Below, in pieces: positions 51,076-61,726 of a DNA stretch of 64,000 nucleotides. The notes beneath the pieces are model-generated. The model was not told the origin of the DNA. It worked only from the letters and a program-made list of their open reading frames with translations, and ran no database searches. Every line of letters starts with the position of its first letter. Position 1 is the first letter of the stretch. Source of the DNA: an uncultured cyanobacterium (GTDB lineage Bacteria; Cyanobacteriota; Cyanobacteriia; Cyanobacteriales; CAWUOF01). The stretch is taken from positions 2,240,001 to 2,304,000 of the forward strand of contig CAVUSO010000001.1 in NCBI GenBank assembly GCA_963744145.1, read 5' to 3'. The position numbers and the translations under genes were made by a program.

Positions 51076-51615
51076 ATGAAACCTATACTTTTGGGAACTA
51101 CAGCATTAATACTTATTCTGGGTATTGTGACTCCTGTCAAAGCCCAACTTGGTATGACTGGGAATAATGGTACTTTGATCGCTCGGGATGACTCCAGAAA
51201 TGATTACTATCGCGATCGCCAAAATGATCGTTACTATAGCGATCGCGATGATGACAATACTCAAAATGATTACTACTCCGACTCCAGCGATCGCAGTAAT
51301 CAAGAAAACCATTACAATGATATTGATCAAGTTTTTCGTGCAGTTATCGGTCGAAATGCTGATCGCAGTGGGCTCCGTTTCTATTCCAGACGGATGGACT
51401 CAGGTTGGTCGATCGATCAAGTCCGTGAACATCTTGCTTATAGTCCAGCAGCCCAACGAGCAATTAACGAAATTTATCGGGAAATACTCGGTCGAAATGC
51501 TGAACCTGAAGGGCTAGATTTATATAGTAGACGTTTAGCTAGAGATTGGTCACTCAGACAAGTTCGTCACGAAATTGCTGATAGTAAAGAAGCTAAAAAT
51601 AGAAGACATCATTGA
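51076..51615 (+). CDS. Secreted protein with DUF4214-like repeats
   Basis: Signal peptide ending VKA; two I...YR.ILGR.A...GL..YSRRL...WS..QVR repeats. Confidence 0.65.
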   Translation: MKPILLGTTALILILGIVTPVKAQLGMTGNNGTLIARDDSRNDYYRDRQNDRYYSDRDDDNTQNDYYSDSSDRSNQENHYNDIDQVFRAVIGRNADRSGLRFYSRRMDSGWSIDQVREHLAYSPAAQRAINEIYREILGRNAEPEGLDLYSRRLARDWSLRQVRHEIADSKEAKNRRHH

Positions 51616-51865
51616 GCAACTAGATCCCCTTAAATCAGCAAGATTTAGGGGGAATTAAGAATTTTAGGATTAAGATATATAATTGAGAATCTTTAGATTA
51701 TACCACCAAAATAGTCCTGACTAATACCAATTAACCATGAAATTGCACTTAATCTGAGGTTGATCTGTTAGGTCAGGGCAGGTTTATAATAGTGACCTGT
51801 TGGTGACAGAATTGACTGGTGAACCTGCCCCTACCAATTTTATCTTCTATTTACGGGTTTTTGTA

Positions 51866-52030
51866 GTAGGGGCGGGTTCGCCCAGATTTTTGAAATTTAC
51901 CAATTAATTAGAAAAACCCGCCCGGGTTCGCCCAGATTTTTGAAATTTACCAATTAATTAGAAAAACCCGTCCGGGTTCACCGAGATGTTTGAGATTTAC
52001 CGACTAATCATCAAAACCCACCCTCACCCA
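51866..52030. repeat. REP hairpin expanded to three 50-bp tandem units
   Basis: Units start at 51874, 51924 and 51974; the first two are nearly identical. Confidence 0.85.
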
Positions 52031-52078
52031 CAGATCAATATACATCAATGTATCTTCATGGTGAATTGGGATAATTCA

Positions 52079-53158
52079 CTATTTGCGGATATTTCTGTCA
52101 AGATCAGGTTTTTGATCTGCGTAATTTTTTTTGACTTGCCAAATCTTGATAGTTTCATCAGAGCTAGCACTAGCAAGAGTATTGCCATGAGGATTGAAAG
52201 CAATAGACCAAACTGCTTTACTATGACCGATAAAAGTATTGATTAATTGCCCAGTATTAGTATTCCACAATCTAACTTTTTTGTCGTAACTGCCAGTAGC
52301 AAAAGTTTTTCCATCTGCACTAAAAGAAACAGAAAAAATTGCGTTATTATGTCCTTGAATAGTGCGAATTAACTGATCATTTTGCATATTCCAAAGTCTA
52401 ATTATCCCATCATAGCTACCACTAACTAAAATTTTTCCATTGGGACTAAAAGCAATAGAGCGAACTGCTTTTTCATCTGCTGCTAATGGAACTTTTAACT
52501 TACCTGTATTTAACTGCCAAATATTAATTTCGCCATTTTCAGTACCACTTGCAACCAAACGTCCATCAGGACTAATTGCCACAGTTCTGACTGGATTATT
52601 ATTATGTAAAGTATAAATTTCTAAACCAGTTTGTATATTCCACAATTTTACTGTATTATCCCAACTACCACTAGCTAAAGTTTTACCATCAGAACTAATA
52701 GATATTGACTTAACATCATCTAAATGTCCGTCAAGAGTAAGAATAAGTTTACCAGTTTTAAGATTCCATAGTTTAATTCTTCTATCCCAACTACCACTAG
52801 CAAGAATTTGGTTATTAGGACTTATAGCAAGAGCATCAACAGCTTCAGGATGAGCATTAATACTGTGAATCAATTTATTATTTCTCAGATTATAAATATT
52901 AATCATACCCTGATAATTACCGCTTACTAAAGTTTGACCATCTCGGCTAATTGCTAGAGCAAATATCCAGGCAGAATCTGGTTTAAGAGTAAGATTTTTT
53001 TGAGTGACTAATAAAGAATTTCCAGCGGTAGAATCTAGCTCTTTGTTTGATAAAAACGTTGCTATACTTAATCCAATCCCAATTGCTATAATTGCTAGGG
53101 CACTAATTTTTAAAGCTAAGGAAACTTTTTGATAGAATGGCATAAATTTTATGATCAA
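52079..53158 (-). CDS. WD40 repeat protein with N-terminal TM anchor
   Basis: Seven repeats of GH...V..AISPDG..LASGS.D..IKLW. Confidence 0.92.
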   Translation of the reverse strand: MIIKFMPFYQKVSLALKISALAIIAIGIGLSIATFLSNKELDSTAGNSLLVTQKNLTLKPDSAWIFALAISRDGQTLVSGNYQGMINIYNLRNNKLIHSINAHPEAVDALAISPNNQILASGSWDRRIKLWNLKTGKLILTLDGHLDDVKSISISSDGKTLASGSWDNTVKLWNIQTGLEIYTLHNNNPVRTVAISPDGRLVASGTENGEINIWQLNTGKLKVPLAADEKAVRSIAFSPNGKILVSGSYDGIIRLWNMQNDQLIRTIQGHNNAIFSVSFSADGKTFATGSYDKKVRLWNTNTGQLINTFIGHSKAVWSIAFNPHGNTLASASSDETIKIWQVKKNYADQKPDLDRNIRK

Positions 53159-53172
53159 ATATTTGGGGTTGG

Positions 53173-53700
53173 TTAGTTTAGTTTATTTTGTTTGCTCGCC
53201 CGGGTTTCAATCCAAATTCTGATCATAAAAGAGACTGTCGTGACCAGAATAAATACAATTCCAATCGGTGTCAAATATGTCCAATGACCTAACATTTTGC
53301 CCCAAATATGCCAAGTTAAAAGAAACATCGCCAAATAAGTTAATTTATGTAACTTTTTCCAATCAGCTTTTAGTTTTTTGACACTCCAATCGTTTGAAGT
53401 AGCTGCTAGAATAGTAAAAATTGCGAAGGTGGATAATCCTTGAAAATAGACACTATAAGTTTTAAAATCAAAAAAATCAACATCTCTCTTACTAATTAAC
53501 AGAAAAGCATGACCGATCGTAAAAAAGAAAGCCAATATCCCAATTAAACGACGGTGTTTCAGCAAATTTTGAGGAATTTTAGTTACTTTTGTTACCGGAA
53601 ATACAATTTTCAGAATTGTCGGAAGTACTGTCACTATGTAGCTAATTAATGCCAAAAATCCTAGAAAGTTAGCTAGTACCGGCATATCCATTGTCAGCAT
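53173..53700 (-). CDS. Ferric reductase-like transmembrane (MsrQ-like) protein
   Basis: RR.IGILAFF...H; LAATSNDWSVKKL..WKKLHKLTY. Confidence 0.8.
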   Translation of the reverse strand: MLTMDMPVLANFLGFLALISYIVTVLPTILKIVFPVTKVTKIPQNLLKHRRLIGILAFFFTIGHAFLLISKRDVDFFDFKTYSVYFQGLSTFAIFTILAATSNDWSVKKLKADWKKLHKLTYLAMFLLTWHIWGKMLGHWTYLTPIGIVFILVTTVSFMIRIWIETRASKQNKLN

Positions 53701-53844
53701 ATTTTCAAATCATAAATATGTTTAATCGCAATTTGCGCCAAAATAGACTAACTAGCAGATATCTTCTGTGATTAAGATCACATCCTGATTTTGTGATCAC
53801 AGAAAAACAGCTAGGATACGCCCCGTATTATAACTATAATAGTT

Positions 53845-54133
53845 TTATCGCTCCAAAATTTTGATTAGAATGCGAATTAGACTTTCTAGTTCATTAGGAA
53901 CGCGATAAAGGGTAAGCCCCTGTTGAATTTGCTTTTGCTCTCGGTGTATAATACCAAATTGCCAAATATCACCTGTGGAAACGGCTCCTTGCAGGATTGG
54001 TTGCTCATGATCTGTCCACTGGTCTAAAGCGATTAGCTCCACTGCAAGTTGGGTAAATCCTTTAGCTAAGTCGGCATTTTTTGCTTCAATCACAAGGAGT
54101 TTGTCCGGGTTGGAGAATAGGGCGTTTGGACAT
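53845..54133 (-). pseudogene. Internally deleted PD-(D/E)XK-like hypothetical gene
   Basis: MSKRPILQPGQ N-terminus is joined out of frame to LLVIEAKNADL.KGFTQLAVELIAL..GAVSTGDIWQF. Confidence 0.65.
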
Positions 54134-54166
54134 GGTAGGATGGGATTTATTACAGATCAGCCCAGC

Positions 54167-54540
54167 ATGGTACAAGTATCCTCGAAAATATTAACATTGG
54201 CAGAGTTTCTAGAATTACTAGAAACCAAACCTGCAACTGAATACATTAATGGGCAAATTATCCAGAAACCTATACCACATTTGCGATCGCTCCAGATTGG
54301 ACAATTGAAATATTGTCTCCTGATCAAAGCCAAACAAAAGTCACCAAAAATATTCTTCATTGTCTGAAATATGGTACTGAAATGGGTTGGTTGATCGATC
54401 CAGATGAGCAAACTGTGTTTGTCTATCGTCTCCAAGCAGGAATTGAAGTGTTTGATGCTCCAGATAATCTTATTCCTGTACCATCCTTTGCGAAGGAATT
54501 GCAACTTACAATTAAAGATTTGTTTGCTTGGTTATTATAG
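54167..54540 (+). pseudogene. Uma2 family pseudogene with internal deletion/frameshift
   Basis: LTLAEFLEL.ETKPATEYING.IIQKP joined out of frame to FAIAPDWTIEILSPDQSQTKV. Confidence 0.8.
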
Positions 54541-54542
54541 CA

Positions 54543-54780
54543 CAATACAGTTAAATATACTGTAGGGGCGAAGCATTCGGGCGACAATTTATTGCTCAAG
54601 TCCGTTAATATTGTATCCGAATGCTTCGCCCTTCTTTGCCGATATCTCCCAAAACATCCTTAAATGAACCGTATTGCAATATAGTTTAGCATCAAACAAT
54701 GAAAAAGAAGGGCGAAGCATTCCGGGAATAAATCACTCGTTGTAACCAATAACTGATCTGCCGGAATGCTTCGCCCCTAC
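54543..54780. repeat. MITE/REP cluster (gtaggggcgaagcattc family)
   Basis: caatacagtt..aaccgtattg around hairpin 54562-54633; second inverted hairpin 54707-54780. Confidence 0.75.
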
Positions 54781-54829
54781 AAAAACATTCACATTATGTT
54801 AATTTTGTCAATGAGCAACACAGAAATCT

Positions 54830-55074
54830 TTATTGTGTTTCTTCACTTAGATCAAGCAGTGGTTTTAATAAGTTGCGTTCTTCGATCGGAAGTTCTAATA
54901 AGACACGGCGATCGCTTTTAGTCTCCCGATACCTAACATCCATACAAAAGCACATCAGTGGCTCTCTCAGCTCATAATAAGACTCGCGTCCAATTGCTTC
55001 AGAATAAACATAACCCATATCTCGTAAATTCTTTAATTGACTACTAGTCTGCGGCGTAAGTTCGGATACCCTTT
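54830..55074 (-). pseudogene. Remnant of an HTH/ATP-binding protein gene
   Basis: TPQ.SSQLK.LR..GYV....GRESYYELREPLM joined to LLELPIEER.LL; truncated by the IS fragment. Confidence 0.5.
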
Positions 55075-55422
55075 TTAAGCTGTTAGCGCTTTCCCCTTGT
55101 AAGTCCACTGAAAGGGTTTGGCCATCGTGCGGTTGAAATAATCAATGAACTCAACAATGCGAGTTTTTAAGTCAGCTTGACTGAGAAAATTGCCCCGTCT
55201 GAGTAACTTCCGCATTAAGATCCCGAACCAAATTTCAATTTGATTGAGCCAAGAGCAATGCTTGGGAGTGAAGTGAAAGACGATGCGATGGGTTGGATCT
55301 TTTAGAAACGCCGCTCGGGTTGCCATCGATTGGAGAATGCCACTCTTGCCCTTGATGCCCAGATCCATCTCCAATCCCTCTGCGGTTGCCAAATAGCGCA
55401 CCAGCGATTCCGACTGATGAGT
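55075..55422 (-). mobile_element. IS630-family transposase C-terminal fragment
   Basis: [55 protein letters not shown]. Confidence 0.85.
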
Positions 55423-55650
55423 CGGTTTTAGCATCGGTCGGCGGCGATCGCTTCCATTTTCCTTTATGCTACATTCGCGAATAGCGAATAATCAAAATGT
55501 GGCTCTAATCCTTAAGAAAAACTAATTATTCCTCAGTTCATCTTGACTTACTAATAAAAAATTATGTATTATCTCATTTAAGTAAGAGATTGACTTGGCT
55601 GACCCGATCGCATTTTCAGATTGGGCTGTTCTTCATCAAGTTTTTTAGTC
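55423..55650. repeat. ~230-bp direct repeat, copy 1 (back-to-back promoters plus the first codons of an HTH gene)
   Basis: Aligns by eye with 62668-62898; rightward TTGACT-N18-TATTAT (55543-55572); leftward TTGATT-N18-TAGCAT. Confidence 0.85.
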
Positions 55651-55710
55651 TTTGCTGTGAAAAATTGCGATCGCACGGGTAAATCAACCATATCACCAGG
55701 TTAAGACGCC

Positions 55711-58044
55711 ATGAATTTAGAGTCACTCAAGCCCAACGTTCAAGATCTGCAAGAGGATGTTATTCTTCTGCTCAATAATATCAGTAATTTGATGAGTAGT
55801 GCTAGTACAATACTAGGTTCTGATGCTGGTAAGAAATATAAAGAATTTCAGCAAGACGTTACCAAGGAAGTTAACAAAGTAAAGAATCTAGAATTAAGAA
55901 TGGCCATTGTCGCACCAATGAAAGCAGGTAAATCTACAATCATCAATGCCATTGTCGGACATGATTTTTTGCCTAGTCGCAATACGGCAATGACGACACT
56001 CCCTACAGAGATTATTTTTAATGATCAAAAAACCGATCCAAAGCTAACATTAAGCGACAAAATATGTTCAGCTTTTCAACGAACAATTAAAGCTTTACAA
56101 GACGAAATTAAGAAATTAGGAACTGAGGCAACACAAGAGAAGATAAGTAAACAAGGGAAGCAAGAATATTTAGTAAATCTGGCACAGAAAATACAAGATA
56201 CAGCCAATTTTCCAATAAATGCTGAAACCTATGGATTTAAAGAAATTAAAAATACTCTGACTGATTTAAACGATATTATCCGTTTGTGTAGCTTACTAGA
56301 ACCTTCTAAAGACCCGTTGCGTGAGCTGATCGAGTTTCCCTGTATAGAGACACCATTTTGCAAATTACAAAAAAACGATCATTTACAGATGTTAGGAAAT
56401 TTGGTGATTGTCGATACCCCAGGGCCAAATGAAGCGGGACAAAACCAGATATTAGAGGAAGTGGTTAAAGAACAACTAAAGAACAGTTCCATTGTATTGA
56501 TTGTTTTGAACTTTACAGCACTGAACACAAAAGCTGATGAGGATGTTAAGAAGGAAGTTGACAAGGTTATTAAGCTACGGGGTAAGGACAGCTTATATGT
56601 TCTAGTTAACAAAGTTGATCAGCGTCAAAAAGGTGACATGACCTCTGAAGATGTCAGCGAATTCGTTGCATCTAAATTTAATATAGGTGATTCAGATGAT
56701 ACCGAGCGCGTGTTTGAAATATCGGCGAGACAGGCATTATATGCTACCAAATTTCTGCTGGAATTCCAGCAGAATCAAGATGTTGATATTACTGAAATGG
56801 AAACCGTAGAGGAACTAGCACAGGAAGCACTTGGCCCAAGGTGGAAAGACAAATTGAAAAAGAAAAGTGTAGAAGATATGCAAGAAGAAGCTGAGTATCT
56901 TTGGGAAGAATCAGGTTTTGTACCATTTCTGGAAAAAGCTATTAATGCACTTATGGAAAGTGCTGCACCTCGGTGTATAAAGTCTGCACTAAATCTTAGT
57001 CGTAATTATTTAGAACAGCTAAGTAAAGATGTTGAATTTCGTAGCAATGCCATTGCCAAAGAAGCAACTGGACTACAAGTTCAAGTTGCTGCTTTAGAAG
57101 CTGATTTAGAACATCTTGATTTATGTCGTAGTCGTCTTAATCAAGTGGATAAAATTAAGGCAGACCTTAAAACAAATCTTGAGAAAATATTTAACTTGCT
57201 AAAGAAAAAATCCAAAGTGAGTATTGAAGATTATTTTGAAAAAGAAGAGTTTAATAACGCTAAACTTGCCGAGAAAGTGTTTATTGTAATGACTAAGATT
57301 TTTCAAGGTAAAGATTATAAAAGTTCTGGCATAATTGAATTTAAAAATCTTCAAGATGCAAAAGAGTTTAGTGATCTAGCATTGGCTTACCCAAAAGATA
57401 AAATAAATCGTTTATTAGCGGATAATCGCGAACAAGTTACAAAGCAGATTAAACAATCATGTAAAACATTGCTTAATTCGTTGGAAAGTCAAACTAACGA
57501 AATTATTGAACGTGCGCGTATTCGTTTGAAAGAAAATTTTCATGTAGATCTATCCCCACCACCGATCCCAGACTGGAAACCTGTGGATTTTGTTGGATAT
57601 CAATTTTCGAGCCAGACAAGAGAAACAACTGAATTTCAGACAAGAAAATACAGACCTTGGTGGCTCCTTTGGCTAATTGAGCTAGAAGAAAAAGTCCCAA
57701 TTAACAAAACTGAAGATTACTATACTGTCTCCTTAGAAGAGTTAATTGATAAGATAAATAAATCAATTGATGCTAATTTAAAAAAAATAGATCAAGAGAT
57801 AAATAACTATCTTGATGAAGATTTTCAGCAACGAATTGATATCTTTTTTGAAAATCTTGATCGTTACCTTCGTAACTATAGAGATAGTTTAAGGCAAGCA
57901 CAGGAAGATAAAAAACTATCACTTGATGACAAAAAAAAATTAGAATGTGAACTTAGTTCATTAGTTTTAGATGCCGCTTCACAAATTGAAAAAATAGATA
58001 CCTATCTCCAATGGACAAACTCATTAATACCAGACAAGCGATGA
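55711..58044 (+). CDS. Dynamin-like GTPase, CrfC/YjdA (RdcA) family
   Basis: AIVAPMKAGKSTIINAIVG..LPSRN.AMT.LPT; DTPGPNEAGQ; LYVLVNKVDQ; long helical stalk with hydrophobic WWLLWL tip. Confidence 0.85.
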   Translation: MNLESLKPNVQDLQEDVILLLNNISNLMSSASTILGSDAGKKYKEFQQDVTKEVNKVKNLELRMAIVAPMKAGKSTIINAIVGHDFLPSRNTAMTTLPTEIIFNDQKTDPKLTLSDKICSAFQRTIKALQDEIKKLGTEATQEKISKQGKQEYLVNLAQKIQDTANFPINAETYGFKEIKNTLTDLNDIIRLCSLLEPSKDPLRELIEFPCIETPFCKLQKNDHLQMLGNLVIVDTPGPNEAGQNQILEEVVKEQLKNSSIVLIVLNFTALNTKADEDVKKEVDKVIKLRGKDSLYVLVNKVDQRQKGDMTSEDVSEFVASKFNIGDSDDTERVFEISARQALYATKFLLEFQQNQDVDITEMETVEELAQEALGPRWKDKLKKKSVEDMQEEAEYLWEESGFVPFLEKAINALMESAAPRCIKSALNLSRNYLEQLSKDVEFRSNAIAKEATGLQVQVAALEADLEHLDLCRSRLNQVDKIKADLKTNLEKIFNLLKKKSKVSIEDYFEKEEFNNAKLAEKVFIVMTKIFQGKDYKSSGIIEFKNLQDAKEFSDLALAYPKDKINRLLADNREQVTKQIKQSCKTLLNSLESQTNEIIERARIRLKENFHVDLSPPPIPDWKPVDFVGYQFSSQTRETTEFQTRKYRPWWLLWLIELEEKVPINKTEDYYTVSLEELIDKINKSIDANLKKIDQEINNYLDEDFQQRIDIFFENLDRYLRNYRDSLRQAQEDKKLSLDDKKKLECELSSLVLDAASQIEKIDTYLQWTNSLIPDKR

Positions 58045-58150
58045 CTGAGTTTTTATATTAACCATAAATTTAACTGGCTAGGATAAAATTTAGATATTAT
58101 TAGCCAATAAATCTGTGTAGAATAGATAGTAAATAGGATATGCTTATGAT

Positions 58151-59287
58151 ATGATTACAGCCATCACGATTGAAGGATTCAAAAGTTTAGAACAGGTTAA
58201 CTTAAACCTAGGTAACCTTAATCTATTTATTGGTACAAATGCTAGCGGAAAGTCTAACTTCTTTGATGCTTTGCGGGTATTGCAGGGAATTGGTTATGGA
58301 TTTACCATTGATGAAATATTCAATGGTAAACCAAAAAGTGCTAGTAGTGAAGTTTGGGAACAAATTCGCGGTGGAAGCAGTAAAGCAGACTTCGTAAGAC
58401 GCGGTGATTTAAACCCTAACTTAGAAGAACGAGTAATTCGCTTGTCTGTTCACTTGCAATTACGAGATGAATCTACTACTCAGATTCAATATTCTATCAG
58501 TATCTCAGCCCAGTTTAGTTGTGTTCGTAGCGAAAAACTTCAGGTTGGCGATCGCCTAATTTTCGATTCTGAGCCAATTACTAATTTACCAACAAGTCCA
58601 GTTTTAGAAATTCGGTACTACACAGGTAAACCAGGACAACAACCACACCTAAAATTTGAAAACTCTAGACCAATTTTACATCAATTACTGCGCGATCGCC
58701 ATTGTGATCCAGAACACGCTGAATATATAGAAAATTGTATTCATGCACTCAGTAACAGTCAACATCTCGATCCATCTCCTAGTATTTTACGCAATTATTC
58801 TCAGGCAAATATTGTCAAAAGAATGGGAGAAAAAGGCGAGAATTTTGCCGGATTAGTGAAAAATATTATCGCCGATGAAAAAGAAAAAGACGCTTTTGTC
58901 TCTTGGCTGAAAGAATTGACACCTAATGAACTTGATGATATCCGTATTTTGCATGGTGCAGTAGGAGAGGCATTATTTGCATTAAAAGATGGAGAACAAA
59001 TTCATCCAGCCACAATTTTATCAGATGGTACACTAAGATTTTCAGCAATTACCGCCGCATTTTTTCAGCCAGATCTGCCAGATATTATCACTAATGAGGA
59101 TGATTATCAAACAACATTTATTTGCGATCGCGATAAAGAAACAGGTGCGACAAACCTAGTACCACTAATCAAATTACCGCATTTATTAAAGAGTATTCAG
59201 AAACAGTCAATTACCGAATTATTTGCGGAGGGTTGGTTTGAGCGTCTGTCCTCAAGGATTTACAAAACCGCATTCAAAATTTATTAA
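58151..59287 (+). pseudogene. AAA_21/RecF-like ABC ATPase, apparently lacking Walker B and H-loop
   Basis: IEGFKS, IGTNASGKSN, LSDGTLRF are present; PDIIT runs straight into NEDD with no EEPE/E.E.G.HP or TTHSP. Confidence 0.6.
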
Positions 59288-59308
59288 AATCTGAATAATA
59301 TTAAACTT

Positions 59309-60346
59309 ATGAATTTTCTCAGTCCCTCTACTCGTCGTCTTCAAGAACTACAACGCCAAGTTCCTATTGTTGGCGATCGAGCCTTAATTGATCTAGTTAA
59401 CGGTATTCAGGTTAGTAAAGACATTATTAGATTTCGCAAAAATCGTGGTTTCTTCGGACAATTACTAGATACATTAGACGGTAGTAATCAGCAACGTCAA
59501 CTCTTATTAGATGGTAACTTACTGGCTGGACAAGAAGCTTTATATCAATGGGTATTAGAGATAACCGATTCACTCCGTATTAGTCAAGTTGCTTTAGAAA
59601 TTACTCAACAATCTTTATTAGAAGCAAGGGCAGCTATTCGCCATCAAAAAGAAAGATTACAAAATCAAGAAACTGCTTTTTTACGGCTAATTGAAGTTGT
59701 ATCTAATCTGGAACGAGAAGTTAATCATAGAATTGATTTATTAGAAGCACGGGTACGGAATTTAGAAATTCGGGTAGCTGCTAATGAAGATTTAGATAGA
59801 ATTATAACTGCCTGGACCGCAGCACAAACCTATAATAATCTTCCTTGGGTTTTTCAAGTTGCCTTACTTACTAGGGAGGCATTTACTAGCTCTGTCGCAA
59901 TTTATGAACTCGCAACAGGGGATCTCAATAAATTTCGTAACCTACTGGTAAATAAAATCCTATCTCATAGTCATTCAATCCCTAAAAGCTTTTTTGGATT
60001 TGCTGATTTGCTCGATCGCTCTTGTGCAGAAATGAAAGCAAACGATTCATTTGCTCGCGATCGCTTCTCTTTACAAGAATTAACCACAGCTTTACTCGAA
60101 GTTCGTTCCATCCCGCTTCAACGTCTGCAAAATACACCTGTACTATTTACCATTGGGACAAGTTTAGAACTAGCGATCTTACCGGAAAATGCTAAACCAA
60201 GCAAAATAGGTGAATGCGCGATCGCTCTTTGTTGTTCACAAATTTATCCGATATACCGCACTACTGACGCAAGAGAATTAGTCACTGCTATAGTAACAGA
60301 AACCGCCAATGATTGTTTAGAAACACTTAGTAGGAGTTCGCGCTAA
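59309..60346 (+). CDS. YjcZ (RdcB)-like protein
   Basis: LIDLVNGI..V, GFF..LLD...G....RQ, central coiled coil, W.A..TY..L; recalled similarity to the YjcZ family; neighbour of a YjdA-like GTPase. Confidence 0.6.
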   Translation: MNFLSPSTRRLQELQRQVPIVGDRALIDLVNGIQVSKDIIRFRKNRGFFGQLLDTLDGSNQQRQLLLDGNLLAGQEALYQWVLEITDSLRISQVALEITQQSLLEARAAIRHQKERLQNQETAFLRLIEVVSNLEREVNHRIDLLEARVRNLEIRVAANEDLDRIITAWTAAQTYNNLPWVFQVALLTREAFTSSVAIYELATGDLNKFRNLLVNKILSHSHSIPKSFFGFADLLDRSCAEMKANDSFARDRFSLQELTTALLEVRSIPLQRLQNTPVLFTIGTSLELAILPENAKPSKIGECAIALCCSQIYPIYRTTDARELVTAIVTETANDCLETLSRSSR

Positions 60347-61353
60347 TGAAATCTAGTCATCCCCAATTTGGACTGGTGCTAACGGGCGGTGGTGCAAAAG
60401 GAGCTTATCAAGCTGGTGCTTTGCAGTATCTCGCTGAATTAGGATTAGAACCACAAATAATTGCTGGTACAAGTATTGGCGCTTTGAACGGTGCTGTTTT
60501 ATCATCCTATCAGCCTTTTTCCTACGCTGTCCATCGTTTAAATGAACTTTGGGAGGAATTAGGTGATGCACCAATCCTACGGTCAAATCCTAATGGATTA
60601 CTACCAATTATTAGTTATGCTACCCAAACTTTCGTGCCTACTTTCAGAGAGTGGATGCTAGATTTCTTGATTAACCAAGGACTATTGAAAAACCGTAAAG
60701 CTATATATGACCCAACCGCAATTGAACAGTTGTTAAGAGAAAAAGTTAATCCCTCAGCACTGCGACAAGGTATCGAATTATGGGTGACAGTCTTTCCCTC
60801 TCTCAAAATTCCTGGTTTAGATTGTGACTGGTTGATTGATTTTATTCGCGCTAAGACTGGAACGGGCGCACATTGGCTTTGCGCTCAAGATATTACTAAT
60901 GATGCTAATCTGTACAATGTACTCCTAGCTAGTGCAGCCATTCCTTTATTATTTCCCAGCCGAGAAGTTAATGGGCAGTTTTATGTAGATGGAGCTTTAG
61001 CTGATAATGTACCTCTAAGGGCACTGGCAAAGTGTGGGTGTCGTTATGTTATAGTTATTCATCTGCAAAATGGATCTGTTTGGAATCGTCATAATTTTCC
61101 AGAGCAAACCATTATTGAAATTAGACCTGAAACAGCAATTAATAAGTCTGATACACCGTTACTAGGTCAAATTAGTAGTTTACTAGATTTTAGTGCTGAA
61201 CGAATTGCCGAACTTAAACAGTGTGGTTATGAAGATGCTAGACGGTGTTTAGAACCAATTATCCAAACCTTTAGCACTGTTTATGAGCAACGGCGATCGC
61301 AAAACTCACTACTTGAATCAACATGGGAACTTATGAACGATCCAAAGCTATAA
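60346..61353 (+). CDS. Patatin-like phospholipase
   Basis: LTGGGAKGAYQAG, GTSIG nucleophile motif, ASAAIP..F, YVDGAL.DN.P; start overlaps the upstream stop (TAATG). Confidence 0.9.
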   Translation: MKSSHPQFGLVLTGGGAKGAYQAGALQYLAELGLEPQIIAGTSIGALNGAVLSSYQPFSYAVHRLNELWEELGDAPILRSNPNGLLPIISYATQTFVPTFREWMLDFLINQGLLKNRKAIYDPTAIEQLLREKVNPSALRQGIELWVTVFPSLKIPGLDCDWLIDFIRAKTGTGAHWLCAQDITNDANLYNVLLASAAIPLLFPSREVNGQFYVDGALADNVPLRALAKCGCRYVIVIHLQNGSVWNRHNFPEQTIIEIRPETAINKSDTPLLGQISSLLDFSAERIAELKQCGYEDARRCLEPIIQTFSTVYEQRRSQNSLLESTWELMNDPKL

Positions 61354-61423
61354 TATCAACCACATCATGTTAGATGTAGAAGATTTTCAATCCGATGTTA
61401 AAACACTAGAATCACTGGCATTG

Positions 61424-61726
61424 CTATTGTTTGTCGTCTAAATCTAGTGGGTAAGGAAGCGGTTTCCCACGTCCCTGCAACTGATAACGCACAAGCACAT
61501 TAAAGGAACGCTTTGGTGGTATGGGGTGATAGCTAGTTTCAGTAATATCTTCGGGAGATTCTAGTGATTGTTCAACAGATGTCAAGTGCTGCCATATAGT
61601 ATCTGTTAATTCAGCCAGTTTCTGTCTCTCTAAACTTCTTGGTTGAGTTGCAACTGTTGATTCTCGCACCAATAATTTTGATGAGGTGGTGATGCTGTTA
61701 AGACTTTGTGAGTAAATAGTAGCCAT
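61424..61726 (-). CDS. Hypothetical protein coupled to the TIGR04255 gene
   Basis: Start overlaps the upstream stop at 61726. Confidence 0.55.
   Translation of the reverse strand: MATIYSQSLNSITTSSKLLVRESTVATQPRSLERQKLAELTDTIWQHLTSVEQSLESPEDITETSYHPIPPKRSFNVLVRYQLQGRGKPLPYPLDLDDKQ

Noticed and set aside
51874..52023. Possible CRISPR array
   Set aside because: The would-be spacers are identical or homologous, the unit is a REP hairpin, and no cas genes are present
54270..54295. HIP1-mediated deletion in the Uma2 pseudogene
   Set aside because: The junction lies several bases before the GCGATCGC, and HIP1 is dense enough for chance proximity
55711..58044. Apparent absence of HIP1 in the dynamin gene as proof of recent horizontal transfer
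   Set aside because: Judged by eye only; other long genes here also have few sites, so a proper count is needed
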